From: Nemertoderma westbladi
Taxonomy: Eukaryota; Animalia; Xenacoelomorpha
Direction: 5' to 3'
NCBI GenBank assembly: GCA_032718475.1
Contig: JAUCBJ010007669.1
Location: 1-40,372, forward strand
Length of the DNA: 40,372 nucleotides
Shown here piece by piece: positions 1 through 13,300 of the stretch. The translations under genes and the position numbers were made by a program. The notes beneath the pieces were generated by a model that had not been told where the DNA came from, made no database searches, and saw only the letters and a list, made by a program, of their open reading frames with translations. Positions within the stretch are counted from its first letter, which is position 1. Every line of letters begins with the position of its first letter.

Positions 1-248
1 ACTAAACACAAGTCCAGAGGTCAGCCGGTTCCCTAGCTGCCTAGTGCTACCACTACCACCTGACCACCCCAGCACTCCCACCCATCTGACCATTTTAACT
101 AAATATTAATAAATATAAATAAGTCCATGAAGTCAGTAGGCCCTACAGCAGTAAGTACAGGCATTAATTAAATCAACAATTACCGATCTGTCGATAGCAG
201 ATAGTGCAGTAGTGGACAGACAGCTCAGCTGGTAGAGAATAGTGCAAT

Positions 249-875
249 ATGCCATCAAAACCTAAACCAACTCTAGTTGATTCCAATAAAACAGACAATC
301 TGTTAACGGAGGCGGATCTCAGCAACAAGGACAGCGTATGTCCAGAAGATGTACTCCGACTCACTGGACCCACCGCCGACTACCTTTGCGACATCAACGC
401 GAACGTCTACAAGATCGATTTTACCCGTTTCAAGATCCGCGATATGGATTCCGGTTTGGTTCTATTCGAGATATCGAAACCCGCCAAGGATTCCTCTACG
501 GAGATCGCGGATGAACCTCCGAACTCGGGGCGTTACGTCCGGTACCAGTTCACCTCGCAATTCCTCCGCCTCAAACACATCGGCGCCACAGTCGAGTTCT
601 CCGTTGGAGATATGCCTGTTAGTAACTTCCGTATGATTGAACGACACTTCTTCAGGGATAAACCTCTGAAAACCTTCGATTTTAACTTCGGTTTCTGCAT
701 CCCCAACAGTCGGAACAGCTGCGAACACATCTACGATTTGCCGCAGCTTGACGCTGAAACTGAACGTGATATGATTGAAAGCCCATTCGAGACTAAATCC
801 GACAGTTTTTATTTTGTAGATGATATTCTTATAATGCATAACAAGGCAGACTACTCTTACAATGGGGCATCTTGA
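249..875 (+). CDS. unc-119: UNC-119 homolog (PDE-delta-fold lipid-binding trafficking chaperone), single exon
   Basis: 208-aa ORF with family motifs [62 protein letters not shown] and [21 protein letters not shown]. Confidence 0.96.
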   Translation: MPSKPKPTLVDSNKTDNLLTEADLSNKDSVCPEDVLRLTGPTADYLCDINANVYKIDFTRFKIRDMDSGLVLFEISKPAKDSSTEIADEPPNSGRYVRYQFTSQFLRLKHIGATVEFSVGDMPVSNFRMIERHFFRDKPLKTFDFNFGFCIPNSRNSCEHIYDLPQLDAETERDMIESPFETKSDSFYFVDDILIMHNKADYSYNGAS

Positions 876-3800
876 CAAAATTCTGGATAGGCGGAGACTA
901 TTGATTCAATCTAAATTAGTAAATTCAACATTTCTCCATTTATCTAACACATTAAACGAGCAAAAATACAACTGTTGCCTCCTGTGAGTCTTTCACTTCG
1001 CCTAGCTGTTAGAATAACATGCCCGATGATATAACCTGGACATTTTCTTTCATTGTTAATTAACATAATTAATTCGCCAGTATGGGAAAGGGAAATTAAT
1101 TCTCCGAGGATTTACCAAGATCGTCTCCACTCGCCCTGTCTCATAAGTTTACTTATTTTACAGTAATTTGTAACGCAACCTTTTCTCAATTGAGTAAAGT
1201 GTTTCTGTATAATATAGCCTACATAAAAAAATTGTAGGAAAAAAACCATAATATAATATTTTGATGTAATATTATTCCGGCTTTAGTGTAGGTCTGTCTG
1301 TCAATATTTAAACAAAATTTATGTTAATTTAATATAAAAATGTGACGTTAACTTATTATATTTATATGTTAATGATATAAATGTTTGTTTATTGTTTAGA
1401 GTATGGTACAGTAGTATGCTGTAAGTTATACACATTCCATTGCATATTTATTATTGTGTGCTGTGGTACATTCTGGTTTCTATAATTAATTTCCACAGCA
1501 GAATAAATATCATTCGGTCTATAAATGACTAGAGGATATTTTTAATTGCAGTGCAGCAGTACTTAGTGTATTTTTATTTATAGAGTGCCAGTTACTATAG
1601 CCACTAGCCAGTTTAGTACCGGTAGGTAGTAAGTATATTGTATTATAAGTTTAATATGGTACTGGTCTGGTACAGAAGATAAAGTCGTTTATAAATTAAT
1701 TAATAAATAATATTTCATATTTATTATTGTAATTAAATATAATTGATGCCATTTAGTTAATTTCAATCTGTTGTATTGCAATATAGTGATATTTTCATTT
1801 ACATGGACTGCCCACCAAATTATTACACTTCGACTACAGTAAAATACATTATTGTGAATTTTACCTTACTATTATTATAAAAGAAACATTTATAATGGTT
1901 ATTATTATTATTAAGCCTTTACAAATCGCCATTGTTTGTTTTCGCACCCTTAGCCGTGTTGTTGCTCTTATTTTTGAATTATTCTTATTGTTTCCTAAAA
2001 CCTCGTTGAGTCGTTATCCCAATCTTTAAAATATAACATTAAATCGGTTCACAACATCAGTGCCTAAATATTCAGTATACGTACGGAACATTAATAGGTT
2101 ATTGTTTTAGCTTAGTAGTTGTAGTTTGTTAAAATCAAATATTCACGGTGTCAAACCAAATGTTATATACTTGTTTCGTAAATTGAGAAATGGCAAATTT
2201 TATTGGAAGGATTTTATTATAAACCGCCACGTTGTTGATAATGAAATGCCATAAATTCACAGTGTCATCCACCCGACACCCACATCCTTATCAAATTCGT
2301 ACTTAGATTATAATTCCAGGCGATTTTTAGTTTATATTATTTTTGTTTCCCATACTGTATGTTATTCGCACATATACATACGTCATCATGTATACACCAT
2401 GACACCATGTCCCGAAGTGTCGTATAATCCAGGGGCATTGTGTATAATTGATGTTTTTCGCTAAATTTTGTATCTTTTATCCGTTACGAGTTGAATTATG
2501 GTGGATCTAATGTATTAGGACATAACTAATTATTATACATAGCTGAAGAACGAGGCATTGTACATTATATCGTAATTATGATAAACTATCAGCTTCTTCT
2601 ATAGCAGCTGGCGTGTGAAAACTGAAGGGGTGAAGTGAAAACGCATTGCAGTCTTGGTACAAAGCTCATGGGGGGCGAGCCACGAAGTGAGCGAAGCCTT
2701 AGCATATGGGCGCCATTGGCGAGTTCTCTGTCGTCGTAAATTTTTGATCGCTAATTAACTCGGTTATTCCTTGATGAGGCCAGTATTGGTTGACAGGAGA
2801 TACGCAATGCGTATCCCATTGCGCCTCATAATAGCCTCTCGTCAACAAGTCAACCCCGCCGGCTAGCGGCACTGGCTGTTTCAGCTGACGGGGCTCTGTC
2901 GAAAAACGCGTCCCTGATGGAGTAAGGGCCCTCTTTTGAGGAGCAATATTATTATTGCCGCGGATCTGCTTCTACTCTAGGCCAGACCTAGCCAGAAGTA
3001 GAATCCTCACCAACCATCATGAATCTGACACACTTCCTCCCCCGCCCCAATGATGCAGAGGCAGACCAACAGCACACCTCTTCAACTCTACAGACGTCGG
3101 AGAGTAAATATCACGCATTATAGAATACAGGATAAGTTTGATCAAGCAATGCAACGAAACCTGTAAGTTAGAAAATGCATGGTCCCAATATTCGCAAAAT
3201 AATTACAAAGTCCTACATTTATTTTGCATGAGATACTAACAACGCGTCACTAACCACAACAAACGTACTGTATAGTACAGTAGCCTGTCGTATTCGCCCA
3301 AATACGGCAGTATAACTCTGGGTTCAGAGAACGTGCACATATTGACAGGCGGCAATCCCCTGATACAGTACCAAGCATGTGTTTGATATAAATATTAGAT
3401 TTCTACTTCCATAACAATTCTCATTGATTCCGCAGGTCAATGTTATAATTAAAACAGTCAATTTGATATATTCTTCCGATTCCATAGGTGGCTTACACAC
3501 CAACTCCCATCCTACAGCCCTATTTATCCCAATCCATCAATTTTTGTCACAGGTGGTCTGAGGATACTACATTATACAAAATGAGTTTTCCATCCTGATA
3601 ACTCTGTTTAATTAGACAATGTTTATAATAATAACTTCACCTCGATCCATATTCCATAAAGCATCAAACAGTCTTGCAATGTAATAAATCTGCCCAATAA
3701 CTCATTGAACCGGAAGGACGCCCCTGGCTGACAACATAAATCAAAGCTAAAGTAAACATTATCTCCCCTTCACAAACTTATGTCTTCAATTTACTACCCA

Positions 3801-6017
3801 GAGACAGTCAGTAGTCCCAGGCTATACAAAATTAGTTACCTCGGAGCCAGCAGCTGGCTGCAGAGTGTTGCATACAGATAAAAATCCTGTACTATAACAT
3901 TGCCTTTCTTTTCAATTCTTTGTTACATTCTCTCTTTTTGTGTAGTATCACAACACTTTAGTTCACAACTAATTTATTGCAGATAGATTATATAACATTC
4001 GATTTTCATTTTATTTGCACAGAAGCCTCCGGGAAATCGCGCAATGCATTATGGTCTTTGTTTACCTTTTTTCCTGAGCCCAGAACATCGGCTTTGGAAT
4101 TATTCTGGGTAAGTAATTAATATAATCAGATGGGGTGGGGGGGGGGGGGGGGGGGTAGGAATAATATAACAATAGGGATGAATACAGTATAATTAAAAAC
4201 AAACCAAGACTATACTATACAATATCCACAAGACTTGAAGCAGCCCCCAAGTATACCGTAAAAACTCTTAACCCAGTGGCCCCCTACTGTAAGAAATGTA
4301 CATACGCCAAATGTCAATATGTGCGCCGCCTCGTCGGATTCCGAGTGGCCCACATCCGCTCAGGTGTGCCCACTGCGTAGGCTAATGAAGGAGAAGAATA
4401 TTGTAAAACTAAAAATGTCATACTTAACTTAAATAGCCCGAGATAGAAGGTTTACAAATGTCAGTTAAGTATGTAAGGGCAAACTGAAATGGATCTCTGC
4501 TTTACAACTAGTTTATCACAAACTGATAGCATCAGCTTCACTCATATATATTTTGGGAAAGACGGTTTTCTTATATCTAATAGAGATTAGTATAATGTAC
4601 TCTCTAACATAGGCTCTCGCCTATACGAACGTGTATTACTTACGAAAGAGAACATGGTCTATCTGTTAGTGATATACTGTATCATCTATGTTGGATATTG
4701 GGTAGGATACACACGAAATAGTATGTATAATAGTAGTATAGTATAGTACTACCCAAACGGGGTGTGAAAGGGTCTTATACAGTAACATCAAGAGTGACAA
4801 ACTACTGTATTAGGTAAGGCAGATTTTGGATGAACTTAACGGTGCAATTGTAGGTAGCTAATTGTTGTCATTGTTTCAGTAGTATACATGGGGGGGGGGG
4901 GGGGGGGGGGGGGATCTTGGTTGAGGTTTACGGAATTGGTATTGGTTTAATGGTGCTCAAAGTAAAACATTAAAATTAAAATGAACAATTAATTAACACA
5001 ATTAAATAACACAAATAGATGACACATATAGATGACATTACATACATACAGTACATTGACAGGACATAGATTTGCAGTATTAATTTGGTGCTATAAAATG
5101 CTATTATTTCTAAAGTTATTATTAAGATACATTGCGCACCGGGGATAGCGTCTTAAGGCGAACCTTGCTTCCTAGAGGGTCCCCGCTGTCTGTTCCAGAG
5201 ATAAAAGTACAGTATTTACAATATGAGATTACGTTTACATAAATAGACAATAAAATAATGTATTTACATTTCTTGCATAAACTACGGTAATAAAATGGTG
5301 GTGCTTAAAAATCTTAAAAATCAGATGCGATTTTTAGGTTCGAGCCGTTCGACGTCCAATTTAAAAAATATAATTCTTGAATAAAATAATAATTAAACCT
5401 TGAAGCTATAAAAGTATCAAATAAAATCAATATTCATACAGTACTGTAGTGTATGAATATTTACATTTCTAGCATAAAATAATAAACAATTAGGGCCACG
5501 GACTGAAATATAATATACAATTTATTCAGTGAATGCATGAATTAATGCACTGAATGAATGCAATCAATTTTTAGGTCGTGTAAAGGTCATTTTGTCTGTG
5601 AAATAGTCTACAGTATTCATTTATATAATTTTTTAAAAACACATTTAACACCAGTTGCAGTCAGTCCATCGCCCCATCGTCCGGCCTATATCAATATAAT
5701 ATAACTGGTTTTTGGAAAAACAGCATCCTCAAGAACAGTCAACCAGACAACCGATTCACCATCTACCGACTCAGCTAACCCGTGACAAACCGTATCGAAG
5801 TGGTGATACCGATCGACTCTGAGTTGGCAGATGCGGCGGAAGGTCTACGAGAACGTCGAAACTCTTCTCGAGGTTGCGGGAAAAATTTTCTTCCTTCTAT
5901 TCCAATCAACCTTCTACCGACCCAGCCGACTCATTACCTTACTACTTTACCTTATTACCCTACTTACTATTGCGAACCAATCAGCAATAATATACTCAAC
6001 ATTCCGCTATCTACCAA

Positions 6018-6403
6018 TTGTTATTTCGTTATTCATTATTGTTAGCTCACTATTGCCACTATAGGTATCGGTATTGTCAATCAATCATCATTTTAGTCAA
6101 TCATTTCGTTATTTTGTTACTTCGTTATTCATTATTGTTAGCTCACTATTGCCACTATAGTTATCGGTATTGTCAATCAACCATCATTTTAGTCAATCAT
6201 TTCGTTATCCACCAATGGTTATTTCGTTTTCTACTATTGTTAGCCCGCTATTGATTCTGAGTCTATCTAATTAATTATCCATCTTTTACTGTTTGTTACC
6301 TAATGTTATCCACCAATTGTTATTTCGTTTTTTACTATTGTTAGCCCGCTATTGATTCTGAGTATCTATTAACTATTCATTTTCTACTATTTGTTACCTA
6401 ATG
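6018..6403 (+). repeat. Two pairs of related ~96-101 bp tandem repeats upstream of the Ulp1-bearing element (probable 5' UTR)
   Basis: 6018-6111 is nearly identical to 6114-6207, and 6208-6305 resembles 6309-6403. All share the core ttatttcgtt...ttattgttagc. Confidence 0.8.
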
Positions 6404-6546
6404 CGTATCTTGATTATCGTATCATTGCATTATTACAGTGTCGCTAATCTTTTGTCTACTTAATTCCTATTTGTCAAGTACCATTTATCCCCTTTCTTAT
6501 GTCTATTCAATTCATAGTACCGTACAACCAAAATCAGCCCCTGACA

Positions 6547-8275
6547 TGGATGACAACAGTGCCATTTGCCTCTCCGAAAGCATCCTCAAGCACGATCTGC
6601 CTCACAGATCCGCCAAATCCTTCTCCCTAGCTGGCGTCTCCCTCTCCGAAGATGATATTGCTTCCCTGAACGCCAAAGGTTGGCTCACCGACAATATCAT
6701 TGAAGCGGTAGCCCAATACCACATCAATATCCACCATGCCAGAGATCGAGCGAAGTTTTTCACCACCCATTTCCTTATCAGGTTCCATTCAAGTGGCTTT
6801 CAAGGAGTTATAAACTGGACCAAGCCAAATTTACTCCATATGGAACACCTGCTCTTCCCCATCCGCGTTGGGGGAAACCACTGGACGCTTGCTATCCTAT
6901 CTTTGCATCCACCCACACTCCAAAATTTCGATTCACTGGGGGCCATGGCGATGCAGCCATCGAAATATCAAGTCATGGTTTCTTCTCGAATGCCACTGTC
7001 GCAACTCTCCCTGCTCCACCATTACCATCAAACCACATCTCAAACGAGTTCAATTCAACAATCACCAGTGTGGTGTGTATGTCTCAAGGTTCATCGAGCT
7101 CTGTCTAGAGGGTTCATTAGGTCTCACCCAGATCAATGATGGCACCATCCAGCCCTACAGAGCACATCTCCCGCACCTTGTCTCCAGGAACTCAACCTGC
7201 ATCCCTCTACTCTCTCCGCCCAGACCAACTCAACTCACTGCCGAATCACCCAGCTTCCACCACACCGAGCCCGACTTTGTAACTGGTCCCACCACCAATT
7301 CGCCACTCCAGCCATTTGGCCAATCGATAGGCGAACCCGTAGTCCCTTCCTTTTTTGCTTGCAAGACCTGGAACCTGGCACTAAACACGGCACCACCAGC
7401 GATACTCACTGCAGCCAGTCATCCGATCATACCACCGCCAATTTACACTACTCTCAGCAATCTGGCCAACCGGCCGCTGAATCGTCCACCATTTCATCTA
7501 GCTTTTTTTCTTTTTCTTTTTCTTTCATCATTTCATCAGGATCCAGACACAGTGCTTGTGCAAGATTCCACCACTGAATTACCCAGTAACCAGTCTCCCG
7601 ACATAACCACCACCTATGCACCACCTTGCCAGTCTTCCAATCAATCAACCGACGAACCAGCCCAAACTACTTCCAGTTGGCAAGAACTATGCCCCATCTG
7701 CAACACACCTTTTCGCCGCAAATGGCTGGCTCACTGTAAGTCTTTCCTTGTCAAATCCCATGGTGCTTGTGCCGGGCTAACGAAAAATAACTTTGAGCAA
7801 GACCCAAACATGTCTGAGAACTGGCTCTGCAAGACATGTCGTCATGTCCCCACATCACCCATCCCCCCCCCACCCTTCGGTATTCCATGTCTTTTCTCTC
7901 ACCAAGACCCTTCCACGCATCCCCCAAGGTGCCTGATCAAATGCGTCATCCATTTACGCGAGTCTATGTGAATCAGTGGTCCGGGAGAATACCCCACGAA
8001 CATGGCTTAATCTTTTGGCTTTCCCCTACAGCCTCAGGATCCCACAATCAACGTCCAAGAAGCGTAGAGCCACTAAACCATCAAACCAACAATCCCTAAC
8101 AACCAAGGTCAAAATCCAGCTTGTTGAGTATGTTGAGTTGACCAACGACCCAACCCATCCAGTGTTGCTGGAACCCAGGAAAACCCACCAACGGGCATCT
8201 ACCAACTCGCCCAAATCCGTTGATGAAAAACTCTGTAAGCTCATCTCGACGAAGATAGAAGAAGGGAATGTTTGC
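6547..8275 (+). mobile_element. Truncated, frameshifted non-LTR retrotransposon ORF (CRE-like) with Ulp1/C48 protease and PHD finger; RT not present
   Basis: Ulp1 motifs GWLTDNII, FFTTHF, NHWTL (His), FDSL (Asp) and, after a frameshift near 6940, QFNNHQCG (Cys). PHD-like CPIC...C...HGAC...WLCKTC at about 7690-7840. Then RIPQGA*SNASSIYASLCESVVRENTPRTWLNLLAFP...SLTTKVKIQL...KIEEGNV, which resembles the pre-RT region of CRE-clade elements. Confidence 0.72.
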
Positions 8276-10396
8276 GCCTGTCGGGGTTAGTGACCGCTAT
8301 GGGTCATATGGGTAAAACTGTGAGGACCTGGCGAATATATCTCCCTGTAGATAATACACCAGGCGAGTAGCGGCCCACTGGTTGGATCTCCAGCACCCAG
8401 CACAACTGCCCGATGTGCAGTGCAGCAGCCTAAAGTCAGCGCAGGGTCACTGGTTCACGCGCACGAATTGTGAGGATGGAGTAGTCCCTGAGTCCAGGGC
8501 AGGGGGTGTTTGACTGTCAGACTGTCTGGCCGAAGGTTGCTGAAACAGTGATATCTGGGGGTGTTTTTGGTTCAAACTCTTACAGCGGGCTGCTAGGGAT
8601 CTGGCTATGGGGCTGAGTATGTGAAAATTGCAGAGTGGTTCATTGTATAAAAATGTATCTATAATATAATCAATCGCTGTCAATAAGCAGAATAAGCCTA
8701 GAAACTAATGTCCCACATTTACATTTACAAACATAACAATATTGAAAATAACAGAAAGGTGACTTACCGGCATTTAATAATCTGCACAATGAAAACCCAG
8801 CACAACAGACCAGAGGGACACGGCTTCCAAAGTTTGTAATTGATTAGATTCTCCAAACTGCTCACGCTGACAAAGAGATAACAGCACCATTGAACAACAG
8901 AACTGCATTTGAATATAATTCGTGCGTGCGTGAGCGCGTGCATGAGCGCGTGCGGTAACCAAATTAAGTGACCGGAACGCTATGACTGTAGGCCTTAGAT
9001 GGCCAAAGTACTGCACTGCTAAATCGATGACAGCACACACCGACAAGCTAGCTACCTACATACTGACAACGTGAATTAATGACACCTGAGAAATAGAGTG
9101 TACTATACTTATGGGAGCTACTCTGTACAGAGGTCAACCTGTTGTATGAAGTGTAACATTAAACTAAGTATAAACCCCTGCTATTGGCTCGGCTATTAAT
9201 TATCGAGTTTGTTACGCACCGGAACCAAAGCTAAAGGCTACCTCTAATCAGAGCAAATATAATCGCACAATAATATTATGGGCCTAAGATTTCGTTGCTA
9301 AGTAGATATCACCAGTAAATATAAATGGAATGCATATTAGTTCGCGAAAAGCTTATTGGAGAGAGGATGGACAATACAGTCAGTGCACCCTAAAAAATAT
9401 TTTTTTGAAAAAAATTTTTTTTTATAAACCCAAAGATACAACATCAAAGGATAACTGCACTTCCCTAAGCTATTTTCAAACTAAATCATTGAACACTTAA
9501 CTCACCTTAATCAACTCATTTTACACCTAACTTGTCATTCTACTGAATCACCGCATTATTTTACTGCTGTTATTAATTGTTGTTATATTAATGGATATTG
9601 TTGTTATATTTGGAGAATACCGATAAATAATCATAAAACCCCCAATCTTCTTGATTACTGAAGGTAAGAGGAACAGGTTTACCGGTAGCAACTGCGACTT
9701 ACATTATATTGGTTTTGTGTGAATTAAATGCTATTTCATAATCCCTACGTATGTCAGTTGCGATCCTCCTTATATATGATCAAATTCAGTGATGGTCGGC
9801 AGATTAGTGCGAAGTAGTGTGAAGTCGTGTGAAGTAGTGTGAAGGATAATAAAGCATCTCCTAAAGAATGCGCTATTTACGAAACTCTGTGGCCATCTAG
9901 TTGTGATTAGTATAAGTCATAACTCTGTTTTTATACTTAAAGCGCCACGTCCTAAAGGAACTGTTAATATTTCCCCAAAAGTAAATATATTTGTCAGAGA
10001 TTATATAGTAACGATCAATCGAATAATACAGTAGGTCTACACTGCAATAACTCTCAAGGAATCCGAATCCAGTCTCCCAAAACCGTGGGTGAAAGGTCGT
10101 GCACAGACTGGCTTCGGCTGAAGTAACTTCAGTACTACACTAAGTAATTGATATAGGCTAAAGTCGATTTATAAACAAGAGGACAACTAAAATTGGCAGG
10201 TTAAACTGCTAAAGGTCTAAAAGCGCGAACAGTTTCAAAGAGTCAGAAAAGGCGACATTTACGTACTGAGTATGCAGGGCACAAGTAATAACAACTTGAG
10301 TGATCAAATGAAATGCAGTTATAAGCAATATAAAGCAGGCACTGAGTGTGTGATTTCAGTCTATTGAGGGTAGCTCAGAATGCCATTAGTTCACAG

Positions 10397-13300
10397 TTAG
10401 GTATCATATCCATAACGTAAAGGAGGCCGGTGTGTGCGAGTGGGGTAGTAAGTTACCGCAGGTAGTGGTTGTGACGCAGGAGGCTCCATAGTGGAGATAA
10501 CACCAGGGGTGCCAAGGGCGGGTAGATCGCGGGGTGCTCCACGGCATGGAGGCAATGGTAAATCATCGTCACTGGACTCCGATGCATCACAGGGGGGTCG
10601 GAGCACGCCCTATATTGAGGCACGAGATAGCACTCGGAGCGTGGGACGCGATACGTTTGGGCCCGGAGTTGGGTGCCAATAAACTTTCGAACATTCAGCC
10701 AGCTGTCGGAGAGAAGAGGACACAATGTAACGTGGTCGGCTATGAAGTTTCGAACCATTGCCGTACAGGTGGAATAAGTCACCAACTTGTATAGGGACGT
10801 GTGGCTGCAATGTTGAAGGGAGACAACACTTTGACTTGGTGCTGGCTGAATGATTATCAGCGCGGTTGCATTGTTGACGGCGGATGAGTGCAGCATCATC
10901 CAGAGGCAGTTGGTCACCAGTAAATTGGTTGCGTTGGTGTAGGATTTCGCGAGCTGATAGGCCACTGTGACGGAGGCGCCGGTTGAGATTAGCAATAGCA
11001 ATTGCAAGGGCAACGCTGGAGCAGGGACCACCAGAAGGATGTAAACAGAGGAGTTCACCTTCAAGTTCGCGAATACCGTGTTCAGCCACGGAGTTCTTAT
11101 TTGGGTTCTTTGGGAGTCCTATTTCTAGACTAGTTTGGTGGGAGAGGAGGATGTCGTCATTGCAGAGTGCCTTAAATCCAGAGCCAGGATCAACGTGAAC
11201 CACAGCAGATGGGCTGCTGAGGGGTACCAGGCCAACGCAGAGCGCGATAAGTGCATCACGGAGGGTCAACTGGGTCTCATTGGGGATGATAGTAGCGGCA
11301 GAAAAGGAAGATACTGTTTCACGGATGAAGAGGACGCGTAGACGGTGCTGGGCAAGGACATCGGCAGCGAGGGAGATGCCGATGACGGTTGGGGGCTCCT
11401 CTGATGACTGCGCAATGGTACGTGGGGGTGCAGTCTTAAGAGAAACGCACTGGGGGCTTGCGTCAACACATGCAGTTACTGCAGCACCAAGTTCTAGGGT
11501 CCAGAAGGAACGGTCAAGGACCTTACGTAACTGAGCCTTAGGAGGGTGCTGAAGCTCCAAATGGAGTGAGGTTACTAATCCGTGTATGGCGGAATGTGGT
11601 ACCACGATGAGATCGCGTGGGGAAGATAATGCAATGCGACGGCGGACGACAATGAGGCCGTCGCTGGCAATGGAAGCACAACCAAGGTATCGTTTGACGT
11701 CCCGACAGCAGTGGGTATCTTTCTTTGATGGTCGTGTACCCTGTTGTAAATGGGCTCGAGTGCGCCAGATCACGGCACATTCAGCTTGTGTGGCAAGCCA
11801 CACACTGCGGGTGGCATACAGGGGTTTGGTTTCGTCAGGAGGGATAGGAAGGGTCTGTATGAGGGGTCACTGACATAACTCGTCAACAAATGCACATACC
11901 TGGCATGATCGGTTGGGACAGGTAGGAGTGTGTCGGCTCTGGAAGTCAGCTGGCAGGTTATGTTTGCTTTGGATGTGCGATACTGTGATGCTGTATTGAC
12001 TCAGTGTAGCAAGAAACGTGGTGAGTCGAGGGCTCATTGATTAGGCACTGCGCGAGAGTTTATTATAGGCTTGAACACAGGGTTTATTGACTGTAACAAC
12101 ACAGGCAGGTATGGTAGACTGTGTTATGTAGGGGACAAAATGGTGTACGGAAGCTGCGATTGCAAGGGCTTCTATCTCACATGGTAGCCAAGACTGCTGA
12201 TGTTGACACAACTTGGCTGAAAAATACCCAGCAACATGTAGTTTGGAGTCACGTTTAGCATATAAGACTGAACCAATGCTGGAAGTATTTGATGCGGCAT
12301 CAGTTACGATGAACAGCTCATCGGATGGTCGGGGGATAACTATCAAATGACAATCCTTAAGGCCGGCTGGTGCACGACGGAATGCCGTGGATGTGGAGTT
12401 TGTCCAAGAGACAGGGTCAAGGGTTTTATCAGTGAGGAGTGACTCGAGAGGGCCAATGAGGGCAGAGCAATGTGGTAACACTCGTGACAGAACTTTGTAT
12501 GAGCCAATAAAGGAGCGCAATGCCCAGACTGTAGTAGGGGATGAGCACATAGCGAGGGCAGAAACAACATGGGGTGATGCAGAAAGTAAACCCTGAGTCC
12601 ACTTCCAGCCAAGGATGGTAGTGGATGAAGGACATATGACTGTCTTGCGGGCAGACAGCCGCAGATCACATCGCTCCGGAGCTGTCAACATATTATCAAA
12701 ATTAGTAGCAAGGTCGCCCGTGGTATCGCCACCACAGTAAAGATCGTCGGCGATTTTAGTGACTCCACCATGCACAAGGAGATCACCGAGGACACGTGAC
12801 ATGAGCTCCTCTAGAGCTGTCTCGGAGCCAGGCATGCCCATAGCTGACCTCAGGTAGACACAGACACCACGGAAGGGGGTGACGATACCACAAAACTTGT
12901 ATGAGTCCTTGTGCAAAGGTATCTGATAGAATGCGCTTGTTAAGTCGGTTTTAAAAATATATTTATATCGACCGAGGGAAGAGAGAGTTGAATTAACATC
13001 GGGTAGTAAGGATGGCTGGGGTTTCGCATATTTGGCGACTACATTAAATGCAGTGACTAGGCAGGTGCCTGCATTAGGTTTAGCAATGAGGAATGATGGG
13101 CTGAGATATTCCACATTGGCGCTAGCTCGTTCAGGGGTTGTGAAGACCCCAAGGCTCTCTAACTCATCGAACCGCTCTTGAAGTTCAACTAACCGGTTGC
13201 GTCCATACTGAGGGACGCGGCCCTTTCGCTGGGGAGGTAGTGTGGGACCCATATTAACTGTTGCTTCAAAGGGGCTGGCTGCTCCATTATATCCAGGGTA

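Noticed and set aside
2541-2595. CTGAAGA followed by a short stem as a third hammerhead
   Set aside because: GAAA is replaced by GTAA, and stems I and III do not close.
2770-2820. TTGATGA-GGCCA...TGGTT-GACA plus hairpin as a hammerhead
   Set aside because: Two core positions are wrong and there is no cleavage triplet or stem I.
3240-4400. Faint LINE endonuclease-like and C-terminal-like motifs on the minus strand
   Set aside because: Too degraded to support a feature.
4133-4913. Poly-G tracts (about 4133-4155 and 4890-4913) as functional G-quadruplexes
   Set aside because: Simple homopolymers with unreliable length and no supporting context.
8650-8910. Minus-strand splice donor (CCG|GTAAGT near 8767) and acceptor near 8660
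   Set aside because: No frame yields a convincing protein across the junction.
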